Shown piece after piece: positions 17,414-20,000 of a stretch of DNA of 20,000 bases; position 1 is the first letter of the stretch; every line of letters starts with the position of its first letter. The DNA comes from an uncultured virus (IMG/VR IMGVR_UViG_3300024343_000011) (taxonomy: Duplodnaviria > Heunggongvirae > Uroviricota > Caudoviricetes > Crassvirales). Where the stretch lies: the IMG/VR virus record IMGVR_UViG_3300024343_000011, one strand, 5' to 3'. A program made the position numbers and the translations under genes. The notes beneath the pieces are model-generated. The model searched no databases. It worked only from the letters and a program-made list of their open reading frames with translations, and was not told the DNA's origin.

Positions 17414-17913
17414 TTCATTTCTTTTAGTTTGTTTACATAACTAGGATCAGAGGCGTAAGACCCGTTGATGTTCTTTAAGTAACGGCCCTGTATGTGAGCG
17501 TAGCACTTGACATTGTCCTTGTAGCTGTTGTACTTGGCGTAGACCCCGTACTGGCCTGCCACGTGCTGGCACCTATGGAATACAATACCGAACAGGTTCT
17601 TGGCCTCACGTCCAACCTTGGACTTGCCTAGGCCTGACTCGATCGTTGCCTGTGCAACCGCTACGTTTGGTAGTAGAACTCCGCTGGCAACCAACTCAGC
17701 GGTCAGACCGCTATCGGTCAGTGCCATGTCATTGCTCTCTTCGTTCACTATCACGGAATGGTACACGTGTCGTATCTTTTCTGGCAGGTTGGCCATGTAC
17801 ACAAATCCAAGTCCCATACCCAAGTTCAGCAGAACGCTTGCAAGCATGACCCTCTTCCAGTCGTACCTGTAGCATGTGGTCATGTCGTCGTTAATTACCA
17901 GTCTCCTTTTCAT
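17410..17913 (-). CDS. GH73/FlgJ-like peptidoglycan glucosaminidase with N-terminal transmembrane anchor
   Basis: AQATIESG.G.S, NLFGI and YASDPSY motifs, plus hydrophobic VMLASVLLNLGMGLGFVYMA. The start is placed at 17913; 17883 is an alternative. Confidence 0.75.
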   Translation of the reverse strand: MKRRLVINDDMTTCYRYDWKRVMLASVLLNLGMGLGFVYMANLPEKIRHVYHSVIVNEESNDMALTDSGLTAELVASGVLLPNVAVAQATIESGLGKSKVGREAKNLFGIVFHRCQHVAGQYGVYAKYNSYKDNVKCYAHIQGRYLKNINGSYASDPSYVNKLKEMK

Positions 17914-18154
17914 ACTTGTGGTTAAAATAGTCCGTACCAGATATGACCCAAGGCTCATACATCCCGTCAGTGCACGCTTGAACAATACATTTCTTTTCAT
18001 CCGCAAGAGATTGCAATAACTGTTCCTTAAGGCTGACAGCCTCCTGCAGTGCTCCCATGTGAAAGTTTGAATCGTTACTGAGTGTCTGTGCCTGCGAGTG
18101 GAATGAGATCCTGCTCTCCACCTGCTGTAATAATTTTTGAATAGGGGTTTTCAT
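17891..18154 (-). CDS. Hypothetical protein
   Basis: 87-aa ORF. Its tail (EKKCIVQA..DG...DYFNHKY) loosely resembles the EKEQ...YYEQTY tail of 19478..19765. Confidence 0.7.
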   Translation of the reverse strand: MKTPIQKLLQQVESRISFHSQAQTLSNDSNFHMGALQEAVSLKEQLLQSLADEKKCIVQACTDGMYEPWVISGTDYFNHKYEKETGN

Positions 18155-18506
18155 ATGTCTTCTTTAATATATTAGTTCTCTGTTCTTGATACTTTGTCGG
18201 ATCTTGGCCGGCAGATAGTCTGTTCTGGATGATTCTGTTCAACGCCTCGATCTGATACTTATAAGTCTGTAGTTCTACGAACTTGGTTCCCATGACCCAT
18301 CCATCGGCCTCGAATACCGCGTACTCTGAGTCCTTCAGCTTCTTGTAGAAGTCTCCGCCCAGCCTAGTGTTCTTGATGATGATCTTTCCGTTATTAAATC
18401 TCTCTATCTTGCATCCGTTCTGGATCGTGAATAGTGAGTCGTTGCCGATGAAGAAGGAATTATCCTTGTGTCTCAGCGCTTCGTTCCAAATGTCTTGTAA
18501 TGTCAT
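18075..18506 (-). CDS. Hypothetical protein
   Basis: 143-aa co-directional ORF overlapping both neighbours. Confidence 0.65.
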   Translation of the reverse strand: MTLQDIWNEALRHKDNSFFIGNDSLFTIQNGCKIERFNNGKIIIKNTRLGGDFYKKLKDSEYAVFEADGWVMGTKFVELQTYKYQIEALNRIIQNRLSAGQDPTKYQEQRTNILKKTYENPYSKIITAGGEQDLIPLAGTDTQ

Positions 18507-18912
18507 CGATTAGTTTGTTTTCTCTTGTGTAAAATTTCTTGTTAGCAATCCAGTCTGATACCAACTGCACTCCGTGGATCACAGTTGAGTGGTCTCTTCC
18601 TCCCATCAACTCACCGATCATTTTCAGCGTGAGTCTCATCCTTGTGTATACAAAGTGCATGAATAGGAAGCGGGCCTCTACGTGCTGTTGTGTTCTGGTC
18701 TTGACATTGAAGTCGTCGAAGTTCATGCCTGTCACGATCTCTACTGCCTCAATGATCTCTATCAGTTCTCTTCTGTCCTCTGTACCCATGAATGTCATGC
18801 CAAGGCTCTTTCGCTTGGGCTCACACATCTTACTGATGATGGTTGCCACGTCATTGCCTGCAAAGTTATTGTACGGGCGATCGTTAAAGTATTTGATTAA
18901 TTCTTTCTCCAT
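18460..18912 (-). CDS. Stand-alone DnaA C-terminal (domain IV) HTH protein
   Basis: RTQQHVEARFLFMHF...TLKMIGELMGGRDHSTVIHG matches the DnaA domain IV signature. There is no AAA+ domain. Confidence 0.82.
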   Translation of the reverse strand: MEKELIKYFNDRPYNNFAGNDVATIISKMCEPKRKSLGMTFMGTEDRRELIEIIEAVEIVTGMNFDDFNVKTRTQQHVEARFLFMHFVYTRMRLTLKMIGELMGGRDHSTVIHGVQLVSDWIANKKFYTRENKLIDDITRHLERSAETQG

Positions 18913-19043
18913 GTCTTTAAGTTGTCGTGAAATTCATTGAACCCTTCAATCGGGCGGTCATACTCAAACTCGTATGGGGTGGCCTCCACCACCTCCGTCT
19001 CTCTATTAAATAAGTTTTTGATTAGATTAATTATTTTGCTCAT
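18897..19043 (-). CDS. Small hypothetical protein (48 aa), not in the ORF track
   Basis: Manual translation: MSKIINLIKNLFNRETEVVEATPYEFEYDRPIEGFNEFHDNLKTWRKN*. It fills the gap and overlaps both neighbours. Confidence 0.6.
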   Translation of the reverse strand: MSKIINLIKNLFNRETEVVEATPYEFEYDRPIEGFNEFHDNLKTWRKN

Positions 19044-19278
19044 TGTTATTTGCGTTTTTAATTGCTATCGCGATGTAATCCAATGCCCGTTTATAACCCT
19101 CCGCATAACCATCGGCATAACTCATTTCCTTTCCTGCAATTTCCATTTCTTTGGCTTGTTCCATAAGGATTTCGTGTTTATATTTGACTTGGTATGTTGT
19201 TTTATCAACAATGATAATTCGGTGTTCAATCAATTGGTCAAGAAACCATTGAACGCTACTTTGTTTATTGTTTGTCAT
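19027..19278 (-). CDS. Small hypothetical protein, MTNNKQ/QAKEME family
   Basis: 83 aa; shares MTNNKQ and QAKEME with 19478..19765. Confidence 0.75.
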   Translation of the reverse strand: MTNNKQSSVQWFLDQLIEHRIIIVDKTTYQVKYKHEILMEQAKEMEIAGKEMSYADGYAEGYKRALDYIAIAIKNANNNEQNN

Positions 19279-19481
19279 TGCTCACCTCCTTGTATTTTTA
19301 CTACTCCGTAAATTGTAAGTATTTTTTTTAGTTTTGAAAGTGTAATTGACATACCTTCTTCTTTAGTAACTTCTTCATCCCACATATCAACCCCTTCGGT
19401 AATAATAGATTCTGCATTAGCACAATCAAAACAAAATCCAAATCTTAAATCTTGTTCTCTGTTGCAACATTTACATTTCAT
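19275..19481 (-). CDS. Small putative zinc-binding protein
   Basis: 68 aa with CKCC and CFDC pairs and ATGA overlaps on both sides; ends GGEQ. Confidence 0.7.
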   Translation of the reverse strand: MKCKCCNREQDLRFGFCFDCANAESIITEGVDMWDEEVTKEEGMSITLSKLKKILTIYGVVKIQGGEQ

Positions 19482-19765
19482 TTGTTACCTCCTCCGTAGG
19501 TTTGTTCGTAGTATTCATCAAAATCTCCCCAAGCACGAACAATGTTACCACCTCTCGCATCTAAGTTATCCATTGACTTATCCCAAGTTGTAGCGTGTTG
19601 CTCCTTCTCCATTTCTTTTGCTTGTACTTTCAATTCCATATAATCACTGACATCAATACATATATTAATAGTTCTAACTACTTGGTTTTCCTCGTACGCT
19701 TTACCCTTTTCTTCAAGTTCTTCAATGAACAAATCCACTGCAGTTTGTTGTTTATTGTTTGTCAT
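19478..19765 (-). CDS. Small hypothetical protein, MTNNKQ/QAKEME family
   Basis: 95 aa, MTNNKQQTAV...QAKEMEKEQ...YYEQTYGGGNK. Confidence 0.75.
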   Translation of the reverse strand: MTNNKQQTAVDLFIEELEEKGKAYEENQVVRTINICIDVSDYMELKVQAKEMEKEQHATTWDKSMDNLDARGGNIVRAWGDFDEYYEQTYGGGNK

Positions 19766-19970
19766 TGTTTGTGTCTTTAACCCAATAAAAGTCTAGTAAG
19801 GTTCTCATAAAGAATCTTTTAATAAAGTTAGGCTTACTATGTGTAGCAAATGCAATAGTATTTACCATAATCTTACTGGATAAGCAATACCATCCTACTA
19901 CCTTTTTTGGCTTTGGTTGAGCAATAGTTGTTCCTATGTCTTCTAACCACTCTTTGCTAGTTTGTTTCAT
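19752..19970 (-). CDS. Small hypothetical protein (MKQTSKEWL...)
   Basis: 72 aa. The N-terminus resembles the KQ-T/S-x-V/K-x-W pattern of its neighbours, and GGAGGT precedes the start. Confidence 0.65.
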   Translation of the reverse strand: MKQTSKEWLEDIGTTIAQPKPKKVVGWYCLSSKIMVNTIAFATHSKPNFIKRFFMRTLLDFYWVKDTNNDKQ

Positions 19971-20000
19971 TGCTTACCTCCTCCGTAGGTTAAAATTTCC
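19967..20000 (-). CDS. 3' end of an upstream small gene (...EILTYGGGKQ*), truncated by the window edge
   Basis: Same TYGGG tail as 19478..19765, with an ATGA overlap onto the next gene. Confidence 0.55.
   Translation of the reverse strand, partial: EILTYGGGKQ

Larger units (their letters stand above)
19261..19991. repeat. Shared gene-junction direct repeats
   Basis: TTGTTTATTGTTTGTCATTG is identical at 19261-19280 and 19748-19767. TTACCTCCTCCGTAGGTT is identical at 19485-19502 and 19974-19991. CATTGCT(C/T)ACCTCCT occurs at 19276-19290 and 19968-19982. Confidence 0.85.

Noticed and set aside
19027..20000. Diversity-generating retroelement or true integron
   Set aside because: No reverse transcriptase, TR/VR pair with adenine-specific mismatches, integrase or attC hairpins appear in the window.
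1..20000. Stop-codon reassignment
   Set aside because: Genes are full length under the standard code, and TAA, TAG and TGA are all used as stops.

Overview
This is a 20-kb segment of a tailed dsDNA bacteriophage genome. The host is probably Bacteroidota, inferred from TAnnTTTG -7 promoter boxes, a BT4734/VirE-type primase and an SSB ending in LPF. The + strand (1-6446) holds the 3' part of a giant (>2147 aa) multidomain 'polyvalent'/internal-virion-type protein. Everything else is a tightly packed minus-strand replication and nucleotide-metabolism arm: metallophosphoesterase, class II RNR (NrdJ), MazG-like pyrophosphatase, VRR-NUC nuclease, SNF2-like helicase, primase-helicase, SSB, RecE-like exonuclease, Sak3/DUF1071 annealase, DUF3310, a membrane-anchored GH73-like glucosaminidase, a stand-alone DnaA C-terminal domain and many small ORFs. 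Four unexplained structures stand out. (1) A ~350-bp non-coding array of about ten abutting, mostly different palindromes (7845-8193). (2) A probable iteron-type origin (14900-15150). (3) An array of small genes joined by shared 18-20-bp junction sequences (19027-20000). (4) A repeated V-x-[ST]-R-[KS]-Q linker that separates putative effector domains in the giant protein. All family assignments come from motifs recognised by eye; no database searches were run.
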